From: Octopus vulgaris
Taxonomy: Eukaryota
Direction: 5' to 3'
Length of the DNA: 64,000 nt
Assembly (NCBI GenBank): GCA_951406725.2
Contig: OX597815.1
Span: forward strand, 137,206,001-137,270,000
Shown: piece after piece, positions 1 to 13,994 of the stretch
Layout of the letters: each line of letters opens with the position of its first letter
How positions within the stretch are numbered: the first letter of the stretch is position 1
Made by a program: the position numbers and the translations under genes
The notes under the pieces: generated by a model
What the model saw: the letters and a program-made list of their open reading frames with translations, nothing else
Told to the model about the DNA's origin: nothing
Databases searched by the model: none

Positions 1-2069
1 GTTTGATGGAGGTGAGACGTGAGCAATAACGAAAAAATTATTTACAAAACATCCATCTCTAGGTTAGCCCTTGAAATGTGAGTAATTTTAAAAGTCGCAG
101 TAGTGCAAAATATATAAATTGCATCAGTCTTGCTTATTATATTCAAAAGATGGAAAATTTCGATCACTTAGGGAGAAACACAACTATATCTGGCTATAAT
201 CAATAAATATGTAAACTGGATAGCGAGATAAATTATAACTGCTTTTCTCCATTAACACTGCATGCACAATATTTTGCAGTGTGTTAGCCGTAATGAAACA
301 ACTCTATTACCAAAAGCTTTCGATTTAAGATCATTCCATCTATCGGAATTCTCTGGCACTGCATTATCTCATATCATCTTTCTTTTTAAGGTATGATTCG
401 GTTGTTGTTCTAGAAGTTCGAATGACCACGTAGAAGCTCCTTTGTTGGCACATCGCGAGATACACTTAAGAAAAATAGTATATAGATAAACGTTATAAGA
501 TACCGTCAAAATTAACAGCACTTCGTTTCAAGTAGAGTGTGCTCCAATATGTTTGATAATGAAAACTATTCTTCAGGTTAAACGATTGACAATTATTAAT
601 AATATAATTTGATAGTTTTTCTCCGCTTCTTTTCAGATGTTAACTTTTGGAAGGGATCGAGATGCTTACCAAAGTCTGTATGCTTCTTTTTAATCAATTA
701 TTATGATAACGGAACAGCTTTAACATACGTTTGAATGTGCTTACACCATGTATTTTCAGTCACCTCAAAGTGCTTGTATTTTACTCTATGGATGACGTTA
801 CCCGTTCATCTCCGTGGATGTTTTCTGCCATTATGAGATATGAGTAACCAGAAACGATTAGGTTGATTGTGTATTTAATTTTAACCCCGTGATATATAAA
901 TATCAACTTGTTTTGTAATTTACTCCATTATTTACCTTATCTATGCATTGACATGTTAGAATCGCACAAAACGATACGATAGATTTCAGCTCAAAATACA
1001 TTACGGTTTTGTATAATGCTCATTTATATTCTGAGGTCGAATCTCAACAGGGTTACCCTTATTTTACATCCTTTTGAAATCTATACGCTAATTATCCATC
1101 ATGTAATAATAGCGTTTTAATTGATCAAAACATCCTTAAAATGTGAGAAAAATTGTAATTGTTGCTGATGGCGATAAGATCTTACACATACAGTAAAAAA
1201 AAAAGCTGTAACGTAGTATGGAAGGAGCAATTGGTCTAAATGTGAAAATGTTTTTCTCTGACCAACTTACCGTGAAATTATGTACCATCATAAAGTACTA
1301 TGGTTCTGCAAATTTTATCGAAGGAGGGTGTGAGTGAAAAAAGTTAACTAGGTAAAAGGACTAAACACATCGTTTAAGAGGTTGTTGAGCTGAAGAAAGC
1401 GTGTGAGACAAGAGAAGATATTGGAGTTTGGAGGTGAACCTATACGTTTTCAGTAGGTCTTTCTTTTAAAGACACAATATCTTTGTGATATCTAATATTT
1501 CCATCCTAGTTTTATGCACTTATGCATAGAGAATTTCGCTGTATGTGGTCCTTCAAATGTGTGATTGTGTGGGTGTGAACACTTGCATTTATGTAGTGAG
1601 TGTGTGTGCGTACGTGCGAGCGTGTGTGCAAGCGTGTGTGTGTATGTTTGTGTACGTGCGTGTGTATGAGTGTCTGTGAATTATTAAAATTACTCTAATA
1701 GGATTGGCAGAATTATCAGCTTTGGTTCATTATGTTCTGAGTTGAAACCCTATCGATGTCAAATTTGCCTTTCACCCTTTCTGGGTTGACAAAATGAAGT
1801 AGCAGTCATGTAACACAGCCGATATAATAGATTATTAACCTCATGACCCCAGAATATATATAGCAATTAAAAATCCTTCAGTCTTTGCTTTCAGTCCTGA
1901 GATTCTCAGACATTGTTCAAATTTTATTTTGTCTATTTATTTTCTGTTTAGCTTATCTTACCATTATTTTTTGTACCAGTTGACTCATCAACTCCCCCAA
2001 CATTTTGCCCTTGTGGCAAAATTTAAAACGATTGGTGTTGTTGTTGTTGATTAGACTCAGGTTCTTATG

Positions 2070-2295
2070 GCCCGTGAGCTAGCAGAATCATTAGCACTCC
2101 AGACGAGATGCTTAGTAGTATTTCGTCTGCCGCCTATCTATTCATCTGTAAACGCATCAGTTGAAATTCTGCCAAGGTCCACTTTGCCTTTCATTCCTTC
2201 GGGGTCAATAAATTAATTACCACTGAAACAGAGGGGTCGATGTAATCGACTAGTTCCCTCCCCACAAATTTCAGGCTTTGTGACAATATCAGAAA
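2070..2295 (+). mobile_element. tRNA-derived SINE with Nin/Deu-like central domain
   Basis: gtccactttgcctttcattccttcggggtcaataaattaattacc core followed by (ATT)n; related copies at ~1703-1830, 2853-3022, 40945-41070, 41290-41500(-), 51676-51965, 58336-58410, 63711-63870(-). Confidence 0.7.
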
Positions 2296-2307
2296 TTATT
2301 ATTATTA

Positions 2308-2388
<81 letters not shown>

Positions 2389-2396
2389 GTAGTATT

Positions 2397-2443
<47 letters not shown>

Positions 2444-2509
2444 AAAAATTAAGACACCTCCATTAGGATTAATTATACCTGTGCCTCTGTTAGCAGCAAC
2501 AGCAGCATC

Positions 2510-2586
<77 letters not shown>

Positions 2587-2852
2587 AAACAGCAGAAGCG
2601 GCAACTGTGTGATGATAAAAGAAGACCGGGGTGAAGACGAGGGAGGCATAACATTATTAACACAGTTGCAACACGCGCCTTGATTAGTCACGCAAAACGA
2701 TCAGCAAAGCTTTTGAAAAGAGCTTTTGTGTTCACTTTGGGGAGGTACTACATTGAAAATATTATAACCGTTAAGGAATCTCTACTGATGTGTTTACTGA
2801 TAGACAGACAGACAGGCAGACAGATATCAGGTCAACCCATAAATTCTATCCG

Positions 2853-3022
2853 AGTCGTTACGTTCTGAGTTCAATTCTGCCGAGGTCGACTTTGCCTTTC
2901 ATGCTCTCGGTGTCGATAAATAAAGTACCAGTTTCGCACTGAGTCGATGTGATCGACTTAACCCCTTTGTCTGTCCTTGTTTGTCCCATCTATGTTTAGC
3001 TTCTTGTGGGTAGTAAAGAAAT
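2853..3022 (+). mobile_element. 5'-truncated Nin-domain-like SINE nested in the mariner
   Basis: cgttctgagttcaattctgccgaggtcgactttgcctttcat...gtcgataaataaagtaccag. Confidence 0.75.
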
Positions 3023-3039
3023 ATATATTTAATTGAAAT

Positions 3040-4087
3040 TTAATCATCAATGTACTTTCCGTGATTATCTATGACTTCCTTCCATCTATTTACAAGCTTT
3101 TTAATCCCATCAATGTAAAACTGTTTTGGTTTCAAAGCGAAGAACTCTAAAATGTCAGTTTCGACTCCTCCTGGCTTGCGAAAGTTATGTCCCCCAAATG
3201 ATTCTGTAAACTACGAAACAAATGGTAGTCTGAAGAAGCAAGGTCGAGAGAATAAAGTGGATGAGGAATTTTTTCCCAACCAAGCTCTTCCATCTTCTAT
3301 GATGTGATCTTTGCAGCGTGGGGCTGCGCATTGTCCTAATGAAACATCACTCCTCTTCGATTCACTAAAGCGGGTCTTTTTTTCTTCGAAGCTTGGTTCA
3401 AACGCTCTAATTACTGACAGTAGACTTGAGCATTGATTGTTGCATTAGGTGGTAACAATCCAAAGTGAATTACTCCTTTGCAATCCCACCAGATAGAGAG
3501 AAGAACCTTTTCCCCATGAAGTTCCCTTCTCGGTTGTGGTTGAGCTTTTCCCTTTTACCAAGCCACTGTTTACGACGTTTAACATTTCGATAGAAGATCC
3601 ATTTTTCGTCACTAGGCACGAGTCTGTCCAAAAAGGGTGAAATGAGTTCGCGAGAACTGAGAGACGAGCAGATGTCAACTCGAGATTTGCGATTGCTTTC
3701 GGACAATTCATGAAGCACTCATTTTCCAAGTTTGGGAACCTTTCCAAGATGTTGAAGATGACGATAAACAGTTGTATGGTTTGAACTAAGCTTTATTGCC
3801 AATTCTTCAACTAATAATGCAGGATTTTCTTCAAGTAATGCTTCAAGGAGCTTATCATCAAACTCAACAGGACATCCTGTTCGACCTTCATCTTCAAGGC
3901 TGAAATTTCCGCTTCTGAATTTTGCAAACCATCTTCTGCAATTTCTTTCATTCAAGCATTCTTTCCCATACACTGAGTGTATGTTTCGAGTCGCTGAGGC
4001 TGCAGAGTTTCCTTTTTTGTACTCATAAAGCATTATGTACTTCAAATTTTCTTTGGATACTTCCCTGTTAGAAAGTGTTTTAATCAA
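3040..4087 (-). pseudogene. Mariner transposase pseudogene (frameshifts and stops)
   Basis: HTH part (MLYEYKKGNSAASATRNI...RRWFAKFRSGNFSLEDEGRTG), SDEKWI, H*DNAQPH and YSLDLASSDYHLF motifs spread over several frames. Confidence 0.9.
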
Positions 4088-4244
4088 AGAAATTTTAATT
4101 CTATTTTTCTGTAAAATAATATTTAATTAGTTTAAATGCACACAAATGCATAAAAATAATTTTTATTTCCATTAAGCATTCTAAAATACTGTTAAATTTC
4201 ATTTAAATTTCATAAAAATCGGACAGAATTTATGGGATGACCTA

Positions 4245-4307
<63 letters not shown>

Positions 4308-4394
4308 TACATGCATGCATGCATACATACATACATACATACATACATACATACATACATACATACATACATACATACATACATACATACATAG

Positions 4395-4539
4395 AAATTG
4401 AGCTTAGGACTTATTATTTTAAGCCTAGTAATTATTCTATCCGTCTTTTGTGGAGCCGCTAACTTACGGGGACGTAAACACACTAACACCTTTTGCCAAG
4501 CGATAGTGGGAGACGAACAGACATACAAACAAACACACA

Positions 4540-4612
<73 letters not shown>

Positions 4613-4757
4613 GGCGGGCTTCTTTCATTTTCCGTCTACCAAATCCACTCACTAGGCTTTGGTCTGTTCGAGGCTATAATAGAAGACACTAGCCCAAGGT
4701 GTCGCGCAGTGGGACTGAATCCGGAACCACGTGTATGGGAAGTAAGCTTCTTACCTC
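4395..4757 (-). mobile_element. Abundant tRNA-derived SINE (Octopus OR/OK-like) with internal microsatellite
   Basis: Reverse complement of ggtaagaagcttacttcccat..ggttccggattcagtcccactgcg...gtagacggaaaatgaaagaagcccgccg; same family at 11945-12252(-), 21848-22470(-), 23490-23880(-), 30840-31320(-), 35884-36292(+), 38040-38430(+), 42603-42705(+). The family name is recalled, not searched. Confidence 0.75.
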
Positions 4758-5672
4758 CATATATATATATATATATATATATATGTTCTTGTTAAAAATA
4801 ATAAAATATTCGTTTTACCTAAGTTCAAATAAATGAAATATCTATACATTAAAACTGTTTGTCCTGAAGAGTATGTGGTGGGCGATAGAACTTGCAATGC
4901 AGTGTGAATTCAGCTATCACTTTTGCTTACTGAAATAGGTCATGCCCTAAGTAACTTACAGAGAGTGATAGGAGTGGTAAGTAATGGGAAGAACAACTAA
5001 CAGACTAGAGTGAAGTAACCAATTGCAATGATTTTGCTTTTCGAGAAAGGTCACACGCAAAGAAAAATTAAATGATTTTAATTATATACAGATAATATAA
5101 ATATATTCTCTGCAGTAATATGATATAACATTGTTGGTTATTCGAACATATAGACAATATGAGGACAAAAGTGTTTTTCTAATCCTTATGCATGAGCAAC
5201 TTAAAAGAACGCTAAAGTATGATAACGGTATTATTACATCATAAATTACCCAAAATCTCAGATATGTCAGTTAATCTGAAATTCTGAAATCATCGATGCG
5301 CTTTTAGCTTCAGAGTTTGCGGATGCAGTTTCCATTCGAATTAAATACATCTTTAACCTAGCAAACGGAAATAATTTCATCTTCATACTTTTCTCTTCAG
5401 TAACACAATCTCTCTTCCCATCTGTTTTTCCTGTCTTTCTTGCCCCTCCTTGTCATTTTAACACACACTGTTTTCTTTTAAGCAGTTGCGCATTTTCACT
5501 CTGAATTTCCTTATGGGTTTTTTTCTCTATCTTGAGTCTTTTTAATGTAATCAAGTGTCAGTGTGTATGCGTGCTTCTGAACAAGCGAATGCATGTGGAT
5601 CAATCCATGTGACTGAATTTGTAGAAGTTATGTCTGCTTTTTTTTATTAAATACTCACGCACACACACATAC

Positions 5673-5762
<90 letters not shown>

Positions 5763-6081
5763 ACATGCACACATGCCTATCTATATAATGGGTGTGTGCA
5801 TGTGTTTTTGTATATGTATACTTGCATGGAATGTTTGTTATCTGTTTACTTCTCTGCCATAGATGCTTTTCTATCATCTTTTTCCTTCATAACAACATAT
5901 ATACGCTCATATATATGTGTATATGTATATGCTTCTATGAAGGTAGAAAAATTGAATTCAATGTCAGTGAGCGTGTAACTGTTTAAATTTACATATAAAG
6001 TACTACTTGAACGTAATTAGCGAAGAAATCCTCAATATAGGTACAAGAAGGAATTCTACACCATGTAGTGTAATAGTTGTC

Positions 6082-6149
<68 letters not shown>

Positions 6150-6928
6150 TGTATGTATGTATGTATGTATGTATGTATATATATAATATATTTCATCATG
6201 TTAAACCGTTAATATCTACATTTTGTCTCTTCTCTTTCCGTTTATTTTCGTTCCCTCAATTTTGTCCCTCTCAGTCCTTTTTTTTCGAAGAGAGTAGGCT
6301 CCAAATGCCAAAGGCTTTTCCATTCTTCTCGAGCATCAAATTAATACACCTGCTTGTTGTTCCTTCACTTATGATTGTCTTTTTCTGAAAATTTAAACTA
6401 TTTTTATATATGTGTGTGTATGTGTATGAGTGTGTGTCTGTGTGTGTATATGTGTGTGTATATATAGTTATGTATATATATATATATACATACATATATA
6501 TATATATACTTATATATATACACACATATATATGTACATGTACATATTATATGTGAGTGTCTGTGTTTATGGGGAGCGGTGTGAGGGCCTGTGAGTGAAC
6601 GGTCAGGATGTGGGCATTCAGGATCAATTCGTGGATCGGGTGATGCGTTATGCATTTGGATAAAACACTTCATTTTATGTTGCTCCAGTTCACTCAGCTG
6701 GCAAACAGAGTAATCCTGCTGCGGACCGGCTCCCCGTCCAGGTGGGGAATATATACGCTATGAAACCGGGAAAGCGGCTCTTATGAAAGGAAGGACCTTT
6801 TATCCTTTTCAGATATATATACATAGATAGATACAAATATTTATATAGATACATACGCGCGTATATATGTATACATATATACATATGTACACATAAATGT
6901 GTGTATGTGAGTATATATATATACATAC

Positions 6929-6964
<36 letters not shown>

Positions 6965-6986
6965 ATAATATTAACTATATATTTAT

Positions 6987-7017
<31 letters not shown>

Positions 7018-7026
7018 TTATTTATT

Positions 7027-7097
<71 letters not shown>

Positions 7098-7415
7098 ATA
7101 AAAATAGCAAAATTTATTTATTTAACAAAAACGAGAACCTTAATAACATACATATATACATTATAATGAGGTTCTCGTTTTTGTTAAATAAATAAATAAG
7201 TCAACATTCTAATATCCGAAAGCTGATGAACCAACTAAATTGCTTCACCATTTCTTTTGTGTATTATAAACTAATGGTAAAATATTTCTATACCTTCACC
7301 CATTTAATACAATAAGTAAGTTAATTGACTTTGGGTATTATACCAACAGTATATTGGATAAATATTATCTCTAAGTAGGTTGGATCCACAACCCCTAACT
7401 TGCTTGGTGTATGTA

Positions 7416-7545
<130 letters not shown>

Positions 7546-7650
7546 ATATAATATAGATAGATAGATTGACAGACAGATAGATAGGCTTTGTTCCCGCCCT
7601 CTGCCTATGTATATAAGTGTGTGTGTGTGTATAATTATATATATATACAT

Positions 7651-7680
<30 letters not shown>

Positions 7681-7687
<7 letters not shown>

Positions 7688-8636
7688 CAATATGTTTATA
7701 ATCCAGAAACATGATATTCACAGATAACCGCCAGACTTCGTATTCGTTTTCTATTCCTTCTGTTTTGCATATGTGAATTACAGGGTCTGTCATGCCCGGA
7801 GTCCAACTTTGATAGAAATAAGCATTCTTGACTGCTATTTCTATTTTTCGGTATGCGGTCAAGCAACCTGTTTTGCCTGTCCCTTTTTCTTATATACAAT
7901 ATATATACTGAACTTTACAGAAGTTCCTGCCGGTAATCGGCTATATTTACATACCGAATTCTACCAGTAAATAATTGGGGTTTTTTTAAAGCCTTTATAG
8001 AAATTATTTACTCTTATCATTATATTACTATTTGGATTTTTCACTCCCTTTGACAACCTATTTTTGTAATGCGCATGGCAGAATTTTGGAGGGAAGATTT
8101 ATGAATTCAAACGTCTATGTAGATTTAGCCTTTGCTCACTTTCTTCAAATATTTTGATGTCGCATGGTCAGAAGGTTTGAGGTACGTAGCATTTGATAAA
8201 TCTATGATAAATCTTTTTCAATGGAAAGCTGTGCTGAAGAAGGATGTGAAATATATATGAAATATATATGAAATATATATCAAAAATATATGGAATATAT
8301 ATTCAATATGTTTATAATCCAGAAACATGATGTTCACAGATAACCGCCAGACTTCGTATTCGTTTTCTATTCCTTCTGTTTTGCATATGTGAATTACAGG
8401 GTCTGTCATGCCCGGAGTCCAACTTTGATAGAAATAAGCATTCTTGACTGCTATTTCTATTTTTTCGGTATGCAGTCAAGCAACCTGTTTTGCCTGTCCC
8501 TTTTTCTTATATACAATATATATACTGAACTTTACAGAAGTTCCTGCCGGTAATCGGCTATATTTACATACCGAATTCTACCAGTAAATAATTGGGGTTT
8601 TTTTAAAAGCCTTTATAGAAATTATTTACTCTTACC

Positions 8637-8641
<5 letters not shown>
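7681..8641 (+). mobile_element. Non-autonomous HHR-bearing element (family D), ~1.5 tandem copies of a ~616-bp monomer inside (TA)n
   Basis: 7686-8020 is repeated almost identically at 8302-8640; both ends abut (TA)n; a hammerhead is present; second locus at 12685-13335. Confidence 0.8.
8229..8339 (+). ncRNA. Type I hammerhead ribozyme with long AT-rich loop II
   Basis: CUGUG-CUGAAGA-A-GGAU[~70 nt]AUCC-A-GAAA-CAUGAUG-UU-CACAG. Confidence 0.7.
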
Positions 8642-8689
<48 letters not shown>

Positions 8690-9777
8690 GAAATCCCTAT
8701 TAATCTCTCTAATATAATGAGAATATGTCTAGACTTCCTGAGAACAAGTTCTACTGGAAGGAACAAAACTCCAGCATACCCTAGAACTCCAATTGCTGAT
8801 GACAAGATTGAACCACTTATTTCTGCAGGAAAGTTTAGAGTTAATAAAGAATGTCTTTTCTAGGACTATTGCAACAAGATGCATACTCCTGTTTTTGTTT
8901 CCTAAATGTTTGCTAACCAAGAAATACGTTAACAACGGCTTAGGGCCAAGTGCGACACCTGTGATTAATAAATGCTTCAGAAAGTTCCCTGAACTGATGT
9001 TTTGAGTTTTAAGATCGCAGTGCTGCTCCAAGACACTGCTCTGACTGAGCTGGTGAGAGATTTTACCTGAATGTATTTCAACAAGTGTGAAGCATGACTG
9101 GGTTGGAACCAGTGTCTGAGGTACATTTTCAACTAAGGATGCTAAAGATGTAAACTGTCAGTTACTGCCTTCCAACGCCTAAAACTATTAAACAAAAAAT
9201 GGTTGCTTGTTTCATGGAGAAAACAATAAACAAGTTCGTTTTAAACAAGACGATACCTGTATATGTACGGTAAAAGAAATAACAAATACTGTTTAAAGAA
9301 AACTAACTCCAAAATTATGTTCTCATGAGGTCAGTGTTTAGATTTGAATCCATAGAGAATTTGAGTTTGTGTTGCGCATACACTTGTTGGAAACCAACTA
9401 CAAACTCTAAACAACTTTGATTAGTTGTGAAACATGAATGAAACAATAGGACATTTCTTGGTGCAATAGCTATCTCGTTGTTTCTCCAAAGCTTGGGTCA
9501 CTTAAAGAAATCTAAGGAACGATCTACTCCATATTTATTTGTAAACATATTTATATATGCTTTTACGGTTTCATGGATTTTAAATACATAAAATTACTAT
9601 TACAAAAATAATTAAAAATTGTTCTGAATAGGCTTTTAATTCCCCCAGGAATATATATAAAAGAAAGAAACAATCAAATTTGTACATAAAGTCATTTTAA
9701 TAATAAATTGGAGATTAGAGAGAGAGAGAGAGAGAGAGAATGAGAGAGAGAGACAGATACATATAAATGTTCGTGTG

Positions 9778-9805
<28 letters not shown>

Positions 9806-9812
<7 letters not shown>

Positions 9813-9970
9813 ATATTTCGGAATGGTCATATTGCCAGTTTAGCCAATAACAACACACGCACTATATATTTGGTGTTATTTTGCTTCAGTGTTATTTATT
9901 TTTTACATTAATCTTAATCTTATTTTTATTGGCTAAACTGGCAATATGACCATTCCGAAATATAACAATA
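9806..9970. mobile_element. MITE-like fold-back element with ~45-bp perfect terminal inverted repeats
   Basis: tattgttatatttcggaatggtcatattgccagtttagccaataa (9806-9850) and its exact reverse complement (9926-9970), TA-flanked. Confidence 0.75.
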
Positions 9971-10024
9971 TCTGTTTCAACACACGACTTCACATAAAAA
10001 ATCTTACACAACAAATATTTAAAC

Positions 10025-10066
<42 letters not shown>

Positions 10067-11015
10067 AATGTGCATACACACACACACAATTGAATTCCTT
10101 ACATAGTAATTACATACACATGCACACACATTATAAAAAAGCATATTCTCTTAATATTTTAGATACCTACTGTCCTACTTTGCAAGCTAGACTATCTTAA
10201 TTTATGTTATGTTGTGTACTAAACATAAACTTAAGTGTAATGTCGGAAGGAAAGAAGGGTCGCTAAGCTAAGGGAGGTTAAGAGAAGTTTAATGTTTATG
10301 ATTATGAGTTAAGCTACTTGTGAATCTAATAGGAAGAATATATGGATACAAGAATAGTAACAATTGGGAAATTAAACAATTAGCAATGTCGAAACGAAAA
10401 GCTAAAAATGAAAAGTGGCAAAACTGAAAAATGATGTAAGAAACAAAAACATGAAAAACATAAAAAGATGATGAGAAGCTGAGGCACTGTCTTTTTCTTT
10501 CTTTTATTCCTGTAAAAATATGTTGCTAAATAAAGTGTCTCTTCAAAAAGTGTTAACAAAACAAACGAAGACAAACATTATCCTTCAGGTGTATAAAATG
10601 AAGAACTAATACATTTTCGCTGAAATAAAATACGAATGTATTTTGAGTGAAATAATATGGTAATGGCATTGTTAGTCATTGACATAACATGTAGACAGTA
10701 TCAAGACAAAAGTGTGCTTCGTAATCGTATGCATGAAAAACTTCAAAGACAGTTAAACTATAATGAAGATAGATTACAGTATAAAGTACCAGAAAAATTC
10801 AGATTTTTGCGATATGTCAATCAACCTAAAATTATCGTTACTATCTGTTTCACATATTTACTGAATTTTCGAAGTTCGTTCTTTATCCATTCAATTTCAG
10901 TGCGACCAATATTTGTCTTTAGCGTAGAAAACGGATGTAATTTTAACTTCATAGTCTTTACTTCAGAAGCACAATATTTCCGCATTTGTTTGAATATGCA
11001 TGTGTCTAACTCTTG

Positions 11016-11082
<67 letters not shown>

Positions 11083-11089
11083 TCTCTCA

Positions 11090-11120
<31 letters not shown>

Positions 11121-11393
11121 ATTTATGTGCGCAGACAGGCACGCATACACACACACACACACACACACTTTACACAAACAAACACACACAGACTCACACA
11201 CATTTTTGTTACACAATTTTATACCTGCATTTCCTTGTCTACGTTTGTTATCTTTCCACTTTTTCTATTCAGGTATTCATGTGTTAGTATATATGTGCAC
11301 CTTTGACAATGCGTGCTTTTCAACGTATATGTAACTATGAATACATGTGTCTCGGAAGTATCATCTATCTAGCTACCTAGCTACCTAGCTAGC

Positions 11394-11487
<94 letters not shown>

Positions 11488-11625
11488 CACACACAGAGAG
11501 ATAGGTAGACAGGCAGACAGACAGACAGATAGAGAGAGCGAAAGAGAGATACATACATATATGCATAAAAAGACATTGACACACACTTGCGTTTGTATGT
11601 GCGTGTATATATATATATATATATA

Positions 11626-11677
11626 CTAAAACCAGCGAAGTGCAATGTTATACAATAAATGGGAATTATAGTCGTCA

Positions 11678-11738
<61 letters not shown>

Positions 11739-11947
11739 CATATATTTATACATATATTACTAAAACCAGTGAAGTGCAATGTTATACAATAAATGGGAAT
11801 TATAGTCGACAATATGTGCATATATATATATATATTTATACATATATTACTAAAACCAGTGAAGTGCAATGCTATACAATAAAGGAGAATTATAGTCGCC
11901 AACTAAATGTGTCGACGATCGTAGTAAGATTTAGTTGGCGACTATTC
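11626..11947 (+). repeat. Three ~55-bp direct repeats separated by (TA)n, ending in a hairpin
   Basis: ctaaaaccagYgaagtgcaatgYtatacaataaa..gaattatagtcg at ~11626, 11760 and 11850; atagtcgccaactaaat / atttagttggcgactat inverted pair. Confidence 0.85.
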
Positions 11948-12061
11948 TTTTATTCTTTTACTCATTTACCTGTTTCAGTCATTTGACTGCGGCCATGCTG
12001 GAGTACCACCTTTAGTCAAACAAATCGACCTCAGGACTTCTTCTTTCTAAGCCTAATACTT

Positions 12062-12094
<33 letters not shown>

Positions 12095-12252
12095 GACAGG
12101 CTTCTTTCAGGTTCCATCTACAAATCCATTCACAAGGCTTTGGTCGGCCCGAGACTATAGTAGAAGACATAGGCCTAATGTGCCACGCAGTGGGACTGAA
12201 CTCGGAACCATGTGGTTGGGAGCAAGCTTCTTACTTCACAGCCACTACTGTA
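11945..12252 (-). mobile_element. OR/OK-like SINE
   Basis: Same family as 4395-4757. Confidence 0.75.
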
Positions 12253-12265
12253 TAAGACTTTTTAT

Positions 12266-12331
12266 TCACTACGATCTTTTCGAGCCTGCGGTTCTGGTGC
12301 CTCGTAGGTGCATATGTGTCTTCTCGGGTGA
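12266..12331 (-). ncRNA. Degenerate type I hammerhead
   Basis: UCAC-CCGAGAA-...CCUACG/CGCAGG-CUC-GAAA-AGAUCG-UA-GUGA; core mutated. Confidence 0.4.
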
Positions 12332-12520
12332 CTTTTCGACTTTCTGAAATATCCTCCTTTTATTATTTCCCGTCTCGCTTTCAAATACAGAGGGGTTCCT
12401 GAAGTAAATGCAGTGTCATTGTTGTTGCTGTCAGGGAAGCGGAGTACTGAGGATAAGCTTCAAACAGCATACTACAAGGTGTATAGGCGAATATGAAACC
12501 ACATGCAAACACATACATAC

Positions 12521-12688
<168 letters not shown>

Positions 12689-12725
12689 CACATATGCAAA
12701 ACAGAATACGAAGTCTGGCGGTTAT

Positions 12726-12837
12726 CTGTGAACATCATGTTTCTGGATTATAAATATATTGAATATATATTCCATATATATTTTGGTATATATTTCATAT
12801 ACGTTGCATATATATTTCACATCCTTCTTCAGCACAG
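12726..12837 (-). ncRNA. Type I hammerhead (family D, inverted arm)
   Basis: Same core and helices as 8229-8339, on the minus strand. Confidence 0.7.
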
Positions 12838-12923
12838 CTTTCCCTTGAAAAAGGTCGCATGGTCAGAAGGTTTGAGGTACGTAGCATTTGATAAATCTAT
12901 GATAAATCTTTTTCAAGGGAAAG

Positions 12924-13036
12924 CTGTGCTGAAGAAAGATGTGAAATATATATGCAACGTATATGAAATATATACCAAAAATATATATGGAATATATATT
13001 CAATATATTTATAATCCAGAAACATGATGTTCACAG
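12924..13036 (+). ncRNA. Type I hammerhead (family D)
   Basis: CUGUG-CUGAAGA-AAGAU[loop]AUCC-A-GAAA-CAUGAUG-UU-CACAG; one stem II mismatch. Confidence 0.65.
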
Positions 13037-13352
13037 ATAACCGCCAGACTTCGTATTCGTTATCTATTCCTTCTGTTTTGCATATGTGAATTACAGGGTC
13101 TGTCATGCCCGGAGTCCAACTTTGATAGAAATAAGCATTCTTGACTGCTATTTCTATTTTTTTGGTATGCGGTCAAGCAACCTGTTTTGCCTGTCCCTTT
13201 TTCTTATATACAATATATATACTGAACTTTACAGACGTTCCTGCCGGTAATCGGCTATATTTACATACCGAATTCTACCAGTAAATAATTGGGGTTTTTT
13301 TTAAAAGCCTTTATAGAAATTATTTACTATTATTATTATATATATATATATA

Positions 13353-13736
13353 TCTCTCTATATAAACGGCAGTTTGTCTGTGCGTGTTTCTGTGTGTCTG
13401 TTTTCTCGTACCCTCACCCTGACCACGGCTTTCAACCGATTCTGATGAAACTTGACACACACATAGCCCAATGTCATAATTCAAAACTAACGCAGCGAAA
13501 ATTTTGAAAAGTTTCCCCAGTTCTGAAAAAAATCGATAAATTCGACATGGGGTCGAGAATCAGAAACACAAACCACAGACCGTCTAGGGGACGCAACTCC
13601 ACCTTTTTTAACTCTCAAATAAAATTTACCATAATTTTTTTTCCATTTTTTTGCTATTTTTTGGCTATAACTCTCTAAAAATGCTTTATAGTTATTTCCC
13701 TTATAAACCTGAGCAACGCCGGGCGATACTGCTAGT
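13353..13736 (+). mobile_element. Non-autonomous Helitron
   Basis: 5' TC(TA)TATAAA start; subterminal hairpin cctgagcaacgccggg; 3' CTAG followed by T; same 3' end at 32280-32344. Confidence 0.75.
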
Positions 13737-13922
13737 ATATATATATATATATATATATATGGAGGCGAACACATTTCTCCATGTGATCGGCTTGAAAATT
13801 TATTTAGACATTTGGATATTCTCCTACTCTTCTTAACGTGAAACCAATGGTAGTCTTATTTCACAAATAAAGAAATTATTTATTCACCAATGCGGTGTTA
13901 AGCACTCGTTCCAACGTTCTAC

Positions 13923-13992
<70 letters not shown>

Positions 13993-13994
<2 letters not shown>

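Larger units (their letters stand above)
2827..4245 (-). mobile_element. Mariner (DD34D) DNA transposon, full length but decayed, interrupted by a SINE near its left TIR
   Basis: 26-bp TIRs tcaggtcaacccataaattctatccg (2827-2852) and cggacagaatttatgggatgacctaa (4220-4245), 3 mismatches, each flanked by TA; transposase remnants inside. Confidence 0.9.

Noticed and set aside
4858-4950. CTGAAGA...GAAA possible hammerhead
   Set aside because: No helix I complementarity
10657-11334. 225-aa ORF as an intact gene
   Set aside because: The second half is microsatellite, and the first half has a stop-containing paralog and no recognisable domain
11626-11900. Repeat-spacer-like array suggestive of CRISPR
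   Set aside because: Spacers are (TA)n, the context is eukaryotic and there are no cas genes
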